Shown here: positions 1-12,149 of the stretch, in pieces | Numbering within the stretch: position 1 is the first letter of the stretch | Layout: each line of letters begins with the position of its first letter | Assembly: GCA_030265395.1 (NCBI GenBank) | Contig: JARFYF010000094.1 | Span: 92,328,721 to 92,392,720 of the forward strand | DNA length: 64,000 nt | Reading direction: 5' to 3' | Source of the DNA: Rhina ancylostomus | Lineage: Eukaryota | Notes under the pieces: generated by a model | What the model was told of the DNA's origin: nothing | What the model saw: the letters and a program-made list of their open reading frames with translations, nothing else | Databases searched by the model: none | Program-made: the position numbers and the translations under genes

Positions 1-265
1 GGGTCATAGCCTCAGAATAGGGGACTGTCCATTTAAAATGGAGATAAGGAAGAATTTTCTCTGAGAATAATGACTCTTTGGAATCTCTTTTCCCAGGGAG
101 CTGAATCACTGAATATTCAAGATGGGCAAATTTATAGATCAGTTTTAGACTATAGAGAAGAAAAAGGTGATTAGAGGTGAGGTCAAGATCAACTCAGCTG
201 AGATCTAACAAAATAGCAAAGCAGACTTGAGGGTATGTAGGGCCCACTTCTGCTCCTACTTTTAT
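1..265 (+). mobile_element. CR1 LINE 3' fragment
   Basis: gggtcatagcctcagaataggggac...ggaagaatttt...tggaatctc encodes a decayed CR1 ORF2 C-terminus (GHSLRI...RKNF...LWN), followed by a CR1-type tail ending cttctgctccta. Confidence 0.8.
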
Positions 266-420
266 TTGTTGTTACAGGTATTATAGTAATGAAAGATTGG
301 CTGACAACCGTAAAGTTATATGTTTGAACTTAAATTGATACTGAGTTTTATTTCATTTTATATCACAGAGGAAAGGATGAAATGATGTTAGTCTATAATT
401 TGAGGTTCACAATGGCATAC

Positions 421-753
421 ACCGATTTTGAGTGCAAAACACAACTGGCTTGTGAACAACCTTGAACTGGAAATGTTACTTCATCATTTTTGTAAATAGC
501 AAGAATACTTGCAAACCAATTGCTATTGTAGCTGCTGCTGCTACTTAAAAATGTTTGGCAGTTGATACCCTGAGGATTGAACTGCTGGTTATGACAAAGA
601 CCTTTGGGCATATTGCATCATGGGACCTAATGGTCCAGCCGCACAAGAACAGCTTTTTCTGCTGACTTGCAAGAGATTGTGATGACACTGTATTTCACAA
701 CAAATCTACATTGCCACTTAATCAGGTAGACAGTGGCTCTAATTAATTGCAAC
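421..753 (-). pseudogene. Pseudo-exon, RGS-like domain C-terminal half (frameshifted)
   Basis: After ttgaaag: RLQLIRATVYL; a shifted frame gives MQYAQRSLS*PAVQSSGYQLPNIFK*, recalling RGSL1 LLMLRATHL...KLQSYWLPNF. Candidate donor GT|GTATGC at 420. Confidence 0.45.
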
Positions 754-1260
754 CTTTCAAAATAAATCTTAAAATTTGTTCCAAAGCACCAGACGTCCAA
801 GAAAAAAAAACACCCGCACATTGTATTCCCAAATTACTTCCTTAACACATTTATCAAGCTTGTGATATCACTGTTACTACACCCAAGCAAGGCCATGATA
901 CCATTCCTTTCTCACTATTGTGTTTGAACAAATCCTGTCATATTTTTAGCAAATCAGCTCTTTTGTTACAATGGACCTGCACGCATAGTGTTCCTCTTCC
1001 AGTCCCCCACTGCACACAGACAAAGACGAAGACAGACACAAACATACATAAACAAGGGTCAATTTTAAATCAACACACTTGTCATAAATTAAGGGTGCAG
1101 TGCTGCATATCACCCCAACTGATTTGGCCCTCCATTGTTGCCAAGACTGTTAGCAATAGCAGCCATGGTTTAACATTAATGTTACACTCAATCCTGTGGG
1201 TTTCTCGCCTGGAGTTAGGTATCTTTTGAGAGAAATGAAAAGGATAGCACTTGCACATAC

Positions 1261-1392
1261 CAAGTCTGCTCAGGATGTGCATCCAGGAAACTGTGAAAAT
1301 AAACAACACTGGATTATTAGCTCCATTTTGTAAGAGATGACAGAAGCTGTGTGCTTCCACCTTTTCATCCATCATCACCTTGTCAGAATAAT
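1261..1392 (-). pseudogene. Pseudo-exon, start of an RGS-like domain
   Basis: Acceptor tcttatcttccatag, donor G|GTATGT, 132 bp phase 1-1. DYSDKVMMDEKVEAHSFCHLLQNGANNPVLFIFT; a 1-nt shift then gives SFLDAHPEQTW (RGS-like LL..P....F..FL). Confidence 0.55.
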
Positions 1393-3825
1393 CTATGGAA
1401 GATAAGATTCTTAAATAACTAATGATTGATTTGTCTACTATCTTCATTTACACAATTAAAACCATTTTGGGGTAATTTGTTTCTTTTGCTTCTGTCTTTC
1501 AGCTGGACCTTTCCAAATTAATGTAGGGAGAAGCAGGATTCTGAACCACAATTAGGAACAATCACAAGTTCTGTAAATGGGTTGGCTAGAAACAATGGGA
1601 TTTGATGATTCTCCTTTTAACATGGCTAAAAGTTGTAACATTAAAAAAAACAAAACTACATGCCTCTCAGGCAACCCAGGTGTCTGCTTATACTGGAGCA
1701 TTCTGGGTCAGATTGCACTTTGCCAGAAAAAGAAGGCCTTTGTTCTCTCTATGATGTTATCTACGTATACTTTTTATGGAGTTGTGTGCTATTTTGATAC
1801 CAATCAGCACTCCATGAAGAATTTTGAAAAAAAATGATTAAACGCAAGCCCATAAAACAAGCTCAGGCAATATTTTCTTTCAATGTGCTTCTGAATCTCA
1901 TTAGATAATATTAAATTTATAACATTGCAAGGCTTCCAGTACATTGGACATTCACAAAAGAATGACTCTGAAAGCCAGAAAATAACCAGATGCTAAATTC
2001 CTAATGAAGTATTTTGGCAGCTGGCCTAAAGAGCCAAATTATTATAATGGGCCAGATTGTGCTAGAGCAGGGATTCTCGTGATGTGCCCTGTTAGGCTCG
2101 ATTGTGCACATTTTAACCTTTTTGCCCACAAAGTTGCTGAGAGTGCAAATAGATAACATTGAGGTGAGGTGTTTGGGAACCTGAGTGCTCATGGGGGTAA
2201 GAGCTGTACATCTCCTTATTGAAATTAAAGCACAGCAATAAATAGAGGAAGGTCTGAGAAAGTGAATTCGGGTAGGTGAATTCAGTGTCTAACTAGGTAT
2301 AGAAAGAAAAATAAAGTGAGGGAATGGAAGTTTGAGTTAAGAAGGAGAACAAAAAGAAATATAAAAGGAAAAACCAAGAAAAACCTTTAAACACAGGCAT
2401 TTTCAAAACCTTCAACAATAATATGCAACTTGAAGGAATGAGAATCCCTACTTCAAATTATTCACATTCTGGGCAAAAGATATTGATTGGCAGCCATTAA
2501 CAATTGCCAAGAAAGTTGCAACATAATTATATACTGGAATTTAATTTCTCTGGTGAGTTTAATAGGAGGTAATATGTAAACCTGGCAATTTTGTGGAAAT
2601 TATCCTGAAACTAAGGATGATTTATCATTTCCATGAATCTAACAGATGAGCGCCAATAATTGGCTCCCAACTCCTGGTGATTTGCAATTCATAGGGATAA
2701 CTATTCCAAAACACAATTTGCTGGCCCGTCTCTGATTTGTACATGTGTATTGTTCATATTTCTGCATATTCTGGTCCATTAACACTTTTACTCTTTGCAT
2801 AAGAGATGTTCAATTTGGTGTTAAGTGATCAAATGCTAAAATCCAAGTATTTAAAGAAGAATTCAGAGGAATTCCTGAATTCCTGTTGGTATTTTAGAGA
2901 GGCTACTTCAGGCTCAGGTCACAGTGCCAGGCATAGTACTCCATTTTGGGGAAGGAGAACACATTGCTCTGGAAATACATTAGTATTTGAGATATTAAAG
3001 GTTAGTAAATTGGATTGATAATATCATTGTTTCCTTCCAGTCATGATATTGGGGAAATTAGGTGTTGCATGGCTAATTTTCAAAGTCACTGTCTTGCTGA
3101 AAGGGAGACAGAGCAGATCATTCACCCACAGTAGAACTTGCTAGACTTCTGTGTAATTAATTCGAGAAGTTGAAAATTCTACCTGCTAATCAGTTGGTTA
3201 ATCTCAACCTAAGCTATTAGACTTTCTGTTTAAGTTAACTTTAATTTTCAAAGGTCAATTGTGATCTTTAGCTGTAGAACTTTGAAGTTGCAACAAGGTT
3301 AGTGATAAATGAGTTTGAACATTAAGAGGGCATTCTCCTTCCTTAAGCTGTTGGTGTTTAATTCTAGTTTCAACTGAGAGTTGCACAGAAAGTACCTTTG
3401 CATTGCAAGTTCCATCTCAGGAGGAGTCATGGGGTAGCAGCGAAGGACCTGTTTGTTTATTATTGTACTACTCAAACATGGATCAAGTCAGGATTTGTTG
3501 TAATGCTCATAATGTATGTGTCCTTCACTCACTCTGCTCCTTTATCTAGGTTAATAGTGTAGATAGATAGTGGAAAATATTATAGAAATAAATAGAATTT
3601 GTTTAAAAAAAGTCAAAAGATAAACTTAAAGATTTTAATATTCAAACTTCCTGTGCTTATGTGCAATCTTTTCTTATCAAGGAATAGTGTCAGACTTGGC
3701 ATGAAGAACAAAATAATTCAATGTCGAGGAAAGCAGAATCCTTGGAGTTAAATTGTCCGGGAGCTTCTTCCAATTGTGCTTTCTCAGTGATTCCTTCAAA
3801 TCAAGTGTACATTGCCGTGACTCAC

Positions 3826-3942
3826 TTAGAAATCACAGATTTGAGTTTAAAAGCTTTGTTCCTTACAAAGATCAACAGGAGCAAATTTTAAATAAAACAG
3901 ATCATGCCTCCAACAATGCAGCGGATGAAAGGAGTTTGTGTA
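3826..3942 (-). pseudogene. Pseudo-exon with stops in all frames
   Basis: Acceptor ctatgtccatttccccag, donor AA|GTGAGT, 117 bp. Phase-1 reading (V)HKLLSSAALLEA*SVLFKI resembles RGS late helices. Confidence 0.45.
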
Positions 3943-4529
3943 CTGGGGAAATGGACATAGTATTTGGAATCTCCAGGAGTTTAGAATATTTTATCATTGG
4001 CACCCTAAGGTTGATAAAGTTTCTGAAGATATTTTTTCCATTTTATTTGAGGAAATCAGCGGTTAAAAATAAAAGCACATTATCCTTGTGGCCAAGTCTA
4101 AATGTAAGATATCAAGTAGTACACTGCTTACTTTTGTGCATATTATTTGATCTATATCTCCCCATAACAGCAATATAATGCTGAAATGTATTGCTCCTGT
4201 AATTTTACACTACTCTCAGGTGTGAGGACATGCATGTGACAATTCAGAAACTTCAGTATATCTACAAGCCAATATTTCTGTCAGATATTCAACTTTCTTA
4301 CCAGCTTTCATTGTTGATCTGTAAGAGAAACAGTCCAATTTGGGACAATCTGCAACACTAGATTTTATTCAGCTGGCAAGTTGAAAACTTACCCCATTAC
4401 ATATCAACCCTCTGCCCTCTCTTTATCTGTTATTTTAAGAGTCTTTTGCTTTCTCCTTGATAATGCAGTTTCTCCTTGACTTGCAGTTGCTGATATCATT
4501 CCAGTGCATATTATCTTGTATGTATAATG

Positions 4530-4860
4530 AAACAGAAGGTAACCATTTAGCCCATGCCTACTCCCTGTGGAGCAGTTCCATCTGTCCCATTCCCTCTCTC
4601 CTCATTTCTGTGCACCCCTGCAACTTATTCTCTCTGACACATGCCAGGCAACTCCCCTTTGATCCTTTTTGCCATTAACCTACAGAGGCAATTTACTGTA
4701 GATAATAACTCTACTGGCATATCTTAGGGATGTGGCATGAAATTGGAGTGTGCAGGGGAACCCATGTGGTTACAGAGAGAACATGCAAACTCTACCCATC
4801 TGAGTTTAGGATCGAATGTTGATCTATGGAACTATGAGGTGGCAGTGTCACGGTGCTACT
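4530..4860 (-). mobile_element. Decayed HE1-like tRNA-SINE with CR1-type tail
   Basis: Reverse complement contains gagtttgcatgttctctctgtaaccacatgggttcccc and a tail with catgggctaaatgg. Confidence 0.6.
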
Positions 4861-5449
4861 CTTTAGGAAGAAGTGCTGGGGCTTGATGTTGGGATGAAAG
4901 AAGGGGCAGGAGATGTGCTTCAGGTGAAAGGTAGTTCATGTTTCAAGTGATTTGAGAATTATTTTATCAAGAACACTATGGCAAACACAGGTACAATAGA
5001 CTGAATAGCCACTTTCAAAGCTGTATTATTCTTTAATTTTAAGCTGGATGTTTTAAATAGTGCTTTTCTAAAGAGGCAAATCTTTCGAAAAATAACCTGG
5101 CTGTTACATGCAAAATGTACTGCCAAGGAACAGCACTTTATGATTTAGAAATATTAATCACCTTCACAGTAAGTTCATGTGGAGGAAAGGATATAAGATA
5201 TCGCGTTGTGGTAATGTTTCCTCCTGGGATAAAGGGTGGAAGTATCAATGGGCAAGGAAACTCTGAAATCATTTGGCCACCTTCCTGAAGCTTGTTACAG
5301 GGTCTGTATTTGCAGAAACCTGGAACAGCTCACCCAATGGACCCCCAGCTAGGTGGTGTGTGCAATGACAAGATCAAAATAACCCAAGAAGAAAAAGGCC
5401 AAAATAATAATTATAGAACAAAGCAAGTACAAATCTGTTCAAGTCTAAC

Positions 5450-5517
5450 CTTGGCACCATGCTAAATGAACACATTCCTTTACATTTCATTCAAGAAGAT
5501 ATACTTGTAAATATTTG
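5450..5517 (-). pseudogene. Pseudo-exon (RGS-like middle helices)
   Basis: Acceptor ctctatttagtttag, donor CAAG|GTTAGA. KYLQVYLLE*NVKECVHLAWCQ ends in phase 1, compatible with the 3826-3942 segment. Confidence 0.4.
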
Positions 5518-6291
5518 CTAAACTAAATAGAGTTACAAATAAAAGGTAATTCATGGAATATGTGGAAGAACATTAATCGTGTCCATTGTCAACCATCTTG
5601 TTCATTGCCATTGTGTGCCTCCGACAATCTGCCTGACCCTTTGGCCTGACCTTGCTTGGCCCAGAATGATGAAAGGCTGATGGGAGTGCTACTTCAGGCT
5701 CTGGATCACCCCAGAACTCTCAGTTGTTCAGCTCTGCCACAGGCTGACCACAGCCCCTGGCAGTCGGAAACGTGCCCGATTTCCATGCATCATTTATCAA
5801 TCTGACTACTGCAGGCCAAGGCCATTTTCATTTAAAGATTCTTTCATGCATCATTCAGTGGAGCCTTTTGCCATCTCCATGCCTCTGGGAACACAAGGGA
5901 AAATGTAGAAGCAAGGAGACAGATGCTAGAGGCAAGCACTATCAGAGCTCTCTTATCCCATTACCCAGTTCGATTGAAGGATACCCCTATTTGGTGTGAG
6001 GGGCTACTTGACCTAATCTCTTCAATGCAATCTTCAGAGCACACATTGTGAAGTAAATGTATGGGAGTGAGTGGAGTAAGGTAGCCCCCAAAATGGGTGT
6101 GAGGATAGCAATGTGCAATTAGCCTCCCCATTGTTGTCTGCATTGCGCTCATGTCAACTTTATGCTGCTCATTGCAAGGGTTTTTGTAGGCAGTTAACAT
6201 TCACTACATTGTGAACTGGTGGTACATCTCAGTAGGGATAGAGTGTTCTAATTTGGTAGCACCAATTAAAGTTAATCAGCCTTTCTTAAGC

Positions 6292-6740
6292 AGGAGACAC
6301 AAGAGATTGCAGGTGGAATCTGGAGCAAAAACAAACTGCTGGAAAGAATCAAAGGGTCAAACAGCATCCATAGAGGCAAAGAGATGGTCGATATTTTTGG
6401 TTGAGACCCTGCATCAGGATTGGGAGTGCAGAGGGAAGATAGCCAGTATGAAGAGGTGAGAGGGAGGACTGAGATAGAGGCTGGAAGGTGATAGGTGGAA
6501 CCAGATACAGGAGGGATGATGGGCAGATGGAACCAGGTGTGGGAGAGTGATGAGTCTCGGTAATTGGTTGGGGGGGCAGGGTTGATCGAAAAGGTTAACA
6601 AGATGAAAGAGAAGCTGAGTGGACAGGTGGAAGTGGGAAAAGAACATGGTGGTGTGTGTTACCTGAAACTGGAAAATTCAATGTTCATACCGTTGGGTTA
6701 TAGGCTAACCAAGCAAAATATAAAGTGTTGTTCTTCTAGT
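6292..6740 (-). mobile_element. Penelope-like element 3' fragment / pLTR-derived repeat
   Basis: Elasmobranch-type cacaagagattgcaggtggaatctggagcaaaaacaaactgctgg motif, decayed hammerhead core at ~6390-6418, and ttacctgaaactggaaaattcaatgttcataccgttggg (reverse encodes ..PNGMNIEFSSF, a PLE ORF-end-like motif). Confidence 0.65.
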
Positions 6741-6799
6741 ATGCTTCTTAAGCAGGAGGTGTTTTGCAGTTATTTGGTTGGTGTGTGGAGGGAGAATTC

Positions 6800-7130
6800 A
6801 CCCTAAAAAACAACACAACATAGGAGCGAGCTGGATCCAAGGCATTCAAGATTCTGTTGGAGAACTTGGTGCAAAATAGAGCAATGATCTGAAGGAGTCA
6901 TGATGCCCTTTCAGACACTTGTGCAGAAAGTCATGAGAGCCAATAAGCATAGACTCAGGGACCTGTAGAGAGTATCAGAATAGGTAAAAGTTGGGTGCAG
7001 GTACCAACATGGAGGAGAAGAGTGCTCTATTCTCCAACGGATTATGAGGATTGCTAAAATATCACCTTGGGGAGAACGTCCATGGATCCTGAACCTCCTT
7101 GGTGCTAATACTTTCACCATTACACTGTCC
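6800..7130 (-). mobile_element. Decayed LINE fragment (possibly endonuclease region, RTE-like)
   Basis: Minus-strand ORF remnant ...WYLHPTFTYSDTLYRSL...LMTF resembles an APE endonuclease segment. Confidence 0.35.
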
Positions 7131-7769
7131 ATTGTGAATTATGTATATACATCTCTGAGAGCACATTCTTTCACAGAGGCATCAGTAGTCCCTAACCACG
7201 CACACATTTGATCCATATTTTCCATTGGTGAATCTGCATGAACATTTGCAAATACTACTCACATCTTGCTCATTGTAATCTGAGATACCACACATAGAAG
7301 GGATCGATCAGAGAGATAGATTAGGTGCACTTAAAAATGACTGGTGTCAAAAACAGATTGACTTAGCCTCCCTTTATTGTCCTACCAGCTGATCCTGAAA
7401 CTTATTTTCTTTTTCTCCCTTCTCCCAAATGGATCATTAAAAACAAGTTGTCCAAAGTAGTAGAGTTTACTAACTCTTTGAATGCTGAATTATTCCATAG
7501 TAGAGTTCCTGGCAGATGGAGACACTTAACATTTACTTGTAAAGCTTAGGTATAAATTTTAGAAGTAGAATTGCCAGACTGATACTAGGAATGAGCAGTG
7601 TAGTTCAGCAGACAAAATGGGGAAACCCTCTCATAATGTTGGTCTGTTCAGTAAAACTTCTCTGCCTAAGCCAGTCTCTGCTTTTCCATTCTTTCTCCTG
7701 AACTAAAGCCTCTAATCCCTGGTATGATTCTTGTAATGGTACTTCTGAAATGCATACTTAATATTTATC

Positions 7770-8045
7770 TTGGAAAATTGTGAAGGGCATTGACAGGGTA
7801 AACAAGGGGACATTGTTTTTCCTGGTAGGAGGATTGATAAGCAGAGTGCAAAGTTTAACGGCAATAAAGCTGAGAAGATTTTTTTAAATGCAACAAGTTA
7901 TTGTGATTATGTGCTGCCTGAAGGGATGACAGAAGCAAATTCAAAAGGAACTTTTAAAAGGGAATTTGAAAAATGTCAGGCAATCAGGAAAGAAAGGAGT
8001 TGGATGAGCAGCCAAGTATCCTGCTTCTCTGCTGTTTGATTCTCT
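7770..8045 (+). mobile_element. CR1 LINE 3' fragment
   Basis: gaagggcattgacagggtaaac...tttttcctggtagg...gctgcctgaagggatg, a decayed CR1 ORF2 end. Confidence 0.6.
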
Positions 8046-8989
8046 GAGTTATTACAAAATATTGCATCAAAACACGGAAAGAATGAGTACAGGAACAAAA
8101 TGCTATGCTTTCAATTATTTTGTCATGCTTAATAAACCTAATATGTAATAAAATATATCATATGATAAGGAAGCCAAACAGGACCCAAAGGTTGAAAAGA
8201 ATGTTGAAATTATTTTGGGAGTTCCAATTTTGTGACAGCTAGCTTGCATTTTCAAAGCCAGGTGATTTCAAGAAGGAACAAGGGAGGTACCAGTTTTTTT
8301 TAAATGAAAGGATCAATTGGAATGGGTCACTTTGTTGAATCCATACTCTGGGGAAATGAAGACTGTGTCATTTTATTTGGAATATTGAAGAAACAAACAA
8401 GGACAGAGATTATTATAGTATTAATAAAATAGGGGTGGAAGAGAGAAGAAATGCTGAAATAGAGAAAATCTGGAGGTAAGAATTGGATCTCTCAAGTGGC
8501 AACCTTTCTCTTAAATCCTATTGAGTAAACTGAGCCATGTTAGAATAATCTTCACACAAATAGAAATAGGATTCAAATCTTGGTCAAAACCCATCCCTTA
8601 CATAGCTTTAATATTTACTGAGAAGAAAAGAACTCCTTGCACAATGGATTTAACCTTCTTTAGAGCAGCTTGGTATTTTAGGAGACAGGGGAATCCTATT
8701 TGAGACCATAGAACATAAAAAAATGTTGAAAATGTCTTTTGATGAAGAAATACTTAGGGTGGAATCATCAACTGAGGTAATATTTCTCAGTTTTATTCAG
8801 GGATACTGTATATACAAGGGAGAGGCATGGCTCAAGTGGAGGGTCAGGCCCTTTTATTCAGTGATACTTGTAATGTGTGCTAAAGACTTGTGTCTCCATA
8901 AATGTGTACTTCATCTGTCCCTCCAAAAGTAGTCAGGTTAAATTCCTCAACATGCTCCTGGTTTTACTAGAGAGATGAAAGAAGCAGGT

Positions 8990-9780
8990 CTTCAAATAAA
9001 TGAAAACCGGAACCTGACTACCATTTGAAGAGCATAAGAAGAGCTGTAGAAACGCTGCAGACCTTGTTCACTGAGAGCATACAATCTAAACAGAACTTGT
9101 CAGCAAACAGTAGAGTTATTACTGATAGAGAATGGAGAGGTTGGATGAACAGTGGAGGAAGTGACATATGAAAATGATTAGAGTGGGACAGAAAAACTTA
9201 TTTACAGTGGATGAAGAGGGCACTCAGAAGTGGTGGTTGAGGAGAACCCTGGCAATGATGTTCCCACAGGCAGACCTTCTGGGGTCCTCTGGGGTCACTG
9301 TAATCAGACACCTCCTTTCTTGATGATGGAAAAATGGACACAATTGTGGGGGTCGCAAGATCCCTTGGCACTTCTCCTTTTCCAAGCTGTGGGAGATAAC
9401 ACTGTGAATTTGTGGTCGAAGTTCCTTTCCACCAATTTTAGAGCTTCAATGGGAAGACCACACCTTGTTGTTTTACAGGTGATATATTGTTTTGTCAATC
9501 TGGGGTGGCAGAAAAACTAGATTGGATAATGGGCTGTGGGAATGAAGACAAGGACACTTGCATCAGAAACAGAATCTTCCTTGAGGAGCTCTGCATCATG
9601 CTCATTTCCGTGGGCATTGATAGCCTCTCTTTGCTTGCTGTACTGTGGCCCTTATATTTTGAGCTGTGGATGAGCCTGATAGCACTGAAGGATCCACATG
9701 TTATTGGATTTCCTCTGAACTTTCTGCCCTCTCTATCCCTTCATCAGGTTACTGCATTTTTGTTGAACCTTGGCCTTCAG
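8990..9780 (-). mobile_element. RTE-clade LINE reverse transcriptase fragment, decayed
   Basis: Minus strand gives LLFAD...LSEQGLQRF (YADD-motif region) near 9050-9115 and IIKKGG near 9310, matching the RT 'IVTIFKKG..DCNNYRGISLL' region. Confidence 0.65.
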
Positions 9781-11309
9781 GTGAGGTAGAGCTTTTTTTT
9801 CCATTGAGGCATGGAAATTCTGATTAAAAGCAACTTGTGTTTGTGATTAACTAAGGTTCCAGCTCTTCTGTTCATTCTCATCAAAAGAGTCCTGTGAAAA
9901 GTTTATTCACAGGTGCTAATTATGATGGACATCAGGGTAGTCCAGGCACTGTGGATATCTGGTTGCTCCTATTGGTTGGAAGTCATCAAGTTGTCTCTGA
10001 GTAGGAAGAGCAATCGTTGAGACCTTCAACATTGATTTTCTTGTGGTGACATTCTTGTTGTCTCTATTGTTTTGATTCCAGGCTAACGGACTAATGGATG
10101 TCAACACAATATGCATTTCCTACTGGCTTTGTTCTCACTCAGAAGATAAAGGAAATGGGTCTTCTAATGGTGGTCAAATATCATTCTGGGTTTGATAGGA
10201 ACAAAAAAATGCATTTTGCATAATTTAGCATGAACTTAACTAATTTTCCAGGCAGGACTTCTTTTAGGATAATGAGGTATTACAATTATATGAAAGGAAC
10301 AAAATGGAAACATTGACAAAGTTTAAAATCAATGATTCATTTCAAAATCTACAAATCAAGACTCAGTCAATGCTTGGTGAACGTTAGTATAACAGTAAAA
10401 GAGCTTTTGTTCTAAGATAGGTCTGTCAATTTCACTTTCATTGAAATAATATGTCCATTGATAAGGATCAAATACTCAATTTCATTGAAAATTGCTCCAT
10501 CAATATTACAATTCCAAAACATACCCATCTGAGGATTTATATGTACAGAAATACACATTGAAATTGTTCATTTACTGCAAGAGCTTGATTCAAAATAGTG
10601 GAAGGAGGAGAGTTATTTTGTGAAAGGGGAACTTTACATGATATCTGGTCATTGTCCTTCCTGATCTGGGGGTCATCTGTAGCTTTACAATGAGTCCAGC
10701 TTAAAAATGTTCCATCCTTGCAATGCCTCACTTTAATAGGCACATGAAGTACACCTGATGTAGATAAGCAATGAATAATTCACACTGGATGGTTTTAGAT
10801 AACAGTAAGCATGAATTCTGTAAATAAATAGCCAAATTTCATCCTGGCATGCAATCCCATCACTCATCTCTCACCTTTCTTGTCTCGGGGGTATCCCAGA
10901 TGGGATAGTGTAGTGGTTTTTTTATCTTCTACCACAGCAGGTAGAAAAGAGCTTCAGTGCAGGAAGCCTGTGATTCACCAGACTGTGGACAATTTTTAAC
11001 CTCAAATACATAAGACACAGGTGGATACTATAAAAGACCGGGCCTAATCAAGCTCACAGTCAAAATAAATCGTACAATTACTGAAAAACAGATTACTGGG
11101 AGTAATTTCAAGATTGGTCTCGTATGAGATGGTCAGCCAAAGCACTGCAGCTTCTACATTGAGATTGATGATGTCATGCTCACCTCAACCAGTTTACAAG
11201 CTTGCAGGAGCGCCTTTTAATTATTCTAGACATAAACTACTAGAACCTCTGCATTTTATATTTCAGCCTGGGCTCGCTCTGAGACACAGACTACTTTATG
11301 TATAAACAC

Positions 11310-11650
11310 ACAAAGTAGGATCAGAAGTGGGCCACTTGATTTCTCAAGATTGTTTCAGCATTTAAAAACATCATGGCCGATCTGCTTGTCACTTCAACTC
11401 TGTATTCCCATCTTCCCACAATAACCTTGTAACCATTTATTTATCAAGTACCTATCTACCTCTGGATCAAAAATATTCAATGCTCTGCTTCCACCATCCT
11501 TTGAGAAGAGTTCCAAATATTCATGATCTCTGAGAAAAAATATTTTGTCTCATCTTTGTTTTTCTTGGATGAACTCTTATTTTTAAACAATGGCCCTTAG
11601 TTCTAGATTTTCCCACAAGAAGAAACATTTTCTCCATATCCACCCTGTAA
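11310..11650 (-). mobile_element. CR1 LINE 3' end (continuation of the 12150-13340 copy)
   Basis: aagtaggatcagaagtgggccac...catcatggccgatctg...ctagattttcccacaagaagaaacat...ctccatatccaccctgt, reverse CR1 3' end. Confidence 0.8.
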
Positions 11651-12149
11651 ATTGGTAATTGGTACCTGTTTTGTCATTGTCATATGTACCGAGATACAGT
11701 GAAAAGCTTTGTTTGTTATGTACAAAAGGAAAAGCAATAACAGAATGCAGAACATAATGTTATAGTTAGAGAAAGTGCAGTGCAGGTAGGTCAATAAGTT
11801 AAAAGGGCCATGACGAGATAGATTGAGAGATCGTAAGTTCTTTATCGTGCAAGACGTCCATTCAAGAATTTTATAACAGCAGGATAGAAGCTTTCCTTGA
11901 GCCTGGTGGTATGTGTTCTCAAGCTTTTGTGTCTCCTGCCTGATGGAGGGGAAGAAAAGAGAGAATGACCAGGGTGGGTGGACTCTTTGATTATGTTGGC
12001 TGCCTTCTCAAGGCAACAGGAAGTGTTGAGAGAGTCAGTGGAGGGGAGGGTGGTTTTCATGATAGACTGGGGCAATTTCTTGTGGTCTTGGCAGTGCAGT
12101 TGCTATACCTAGCTATGATGCATCTAGATAGGATGCTTTTTATGGACCG
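11651..12149 (-). mobile_element. Rex1/Babar-clade LINE 3' fragment nested in CR1
   Basis: ORF 11842-12075: LPSTDSL...CLEKAANIIKESTHPGHSLFSSPPSGRRHKSLRTHTTRLKESFYPAVIKFLN, the Rex-Babar ORF C-terminus. Short tandem tail (aattggt)2 at the 3' junction. Confidence 0.8.

Noticed and set aside
3753-4178. 141-aa plus-strand ORF
   Set aside because: Non-ATG start, no motif, and overlaps a minus-strand exon-like segment
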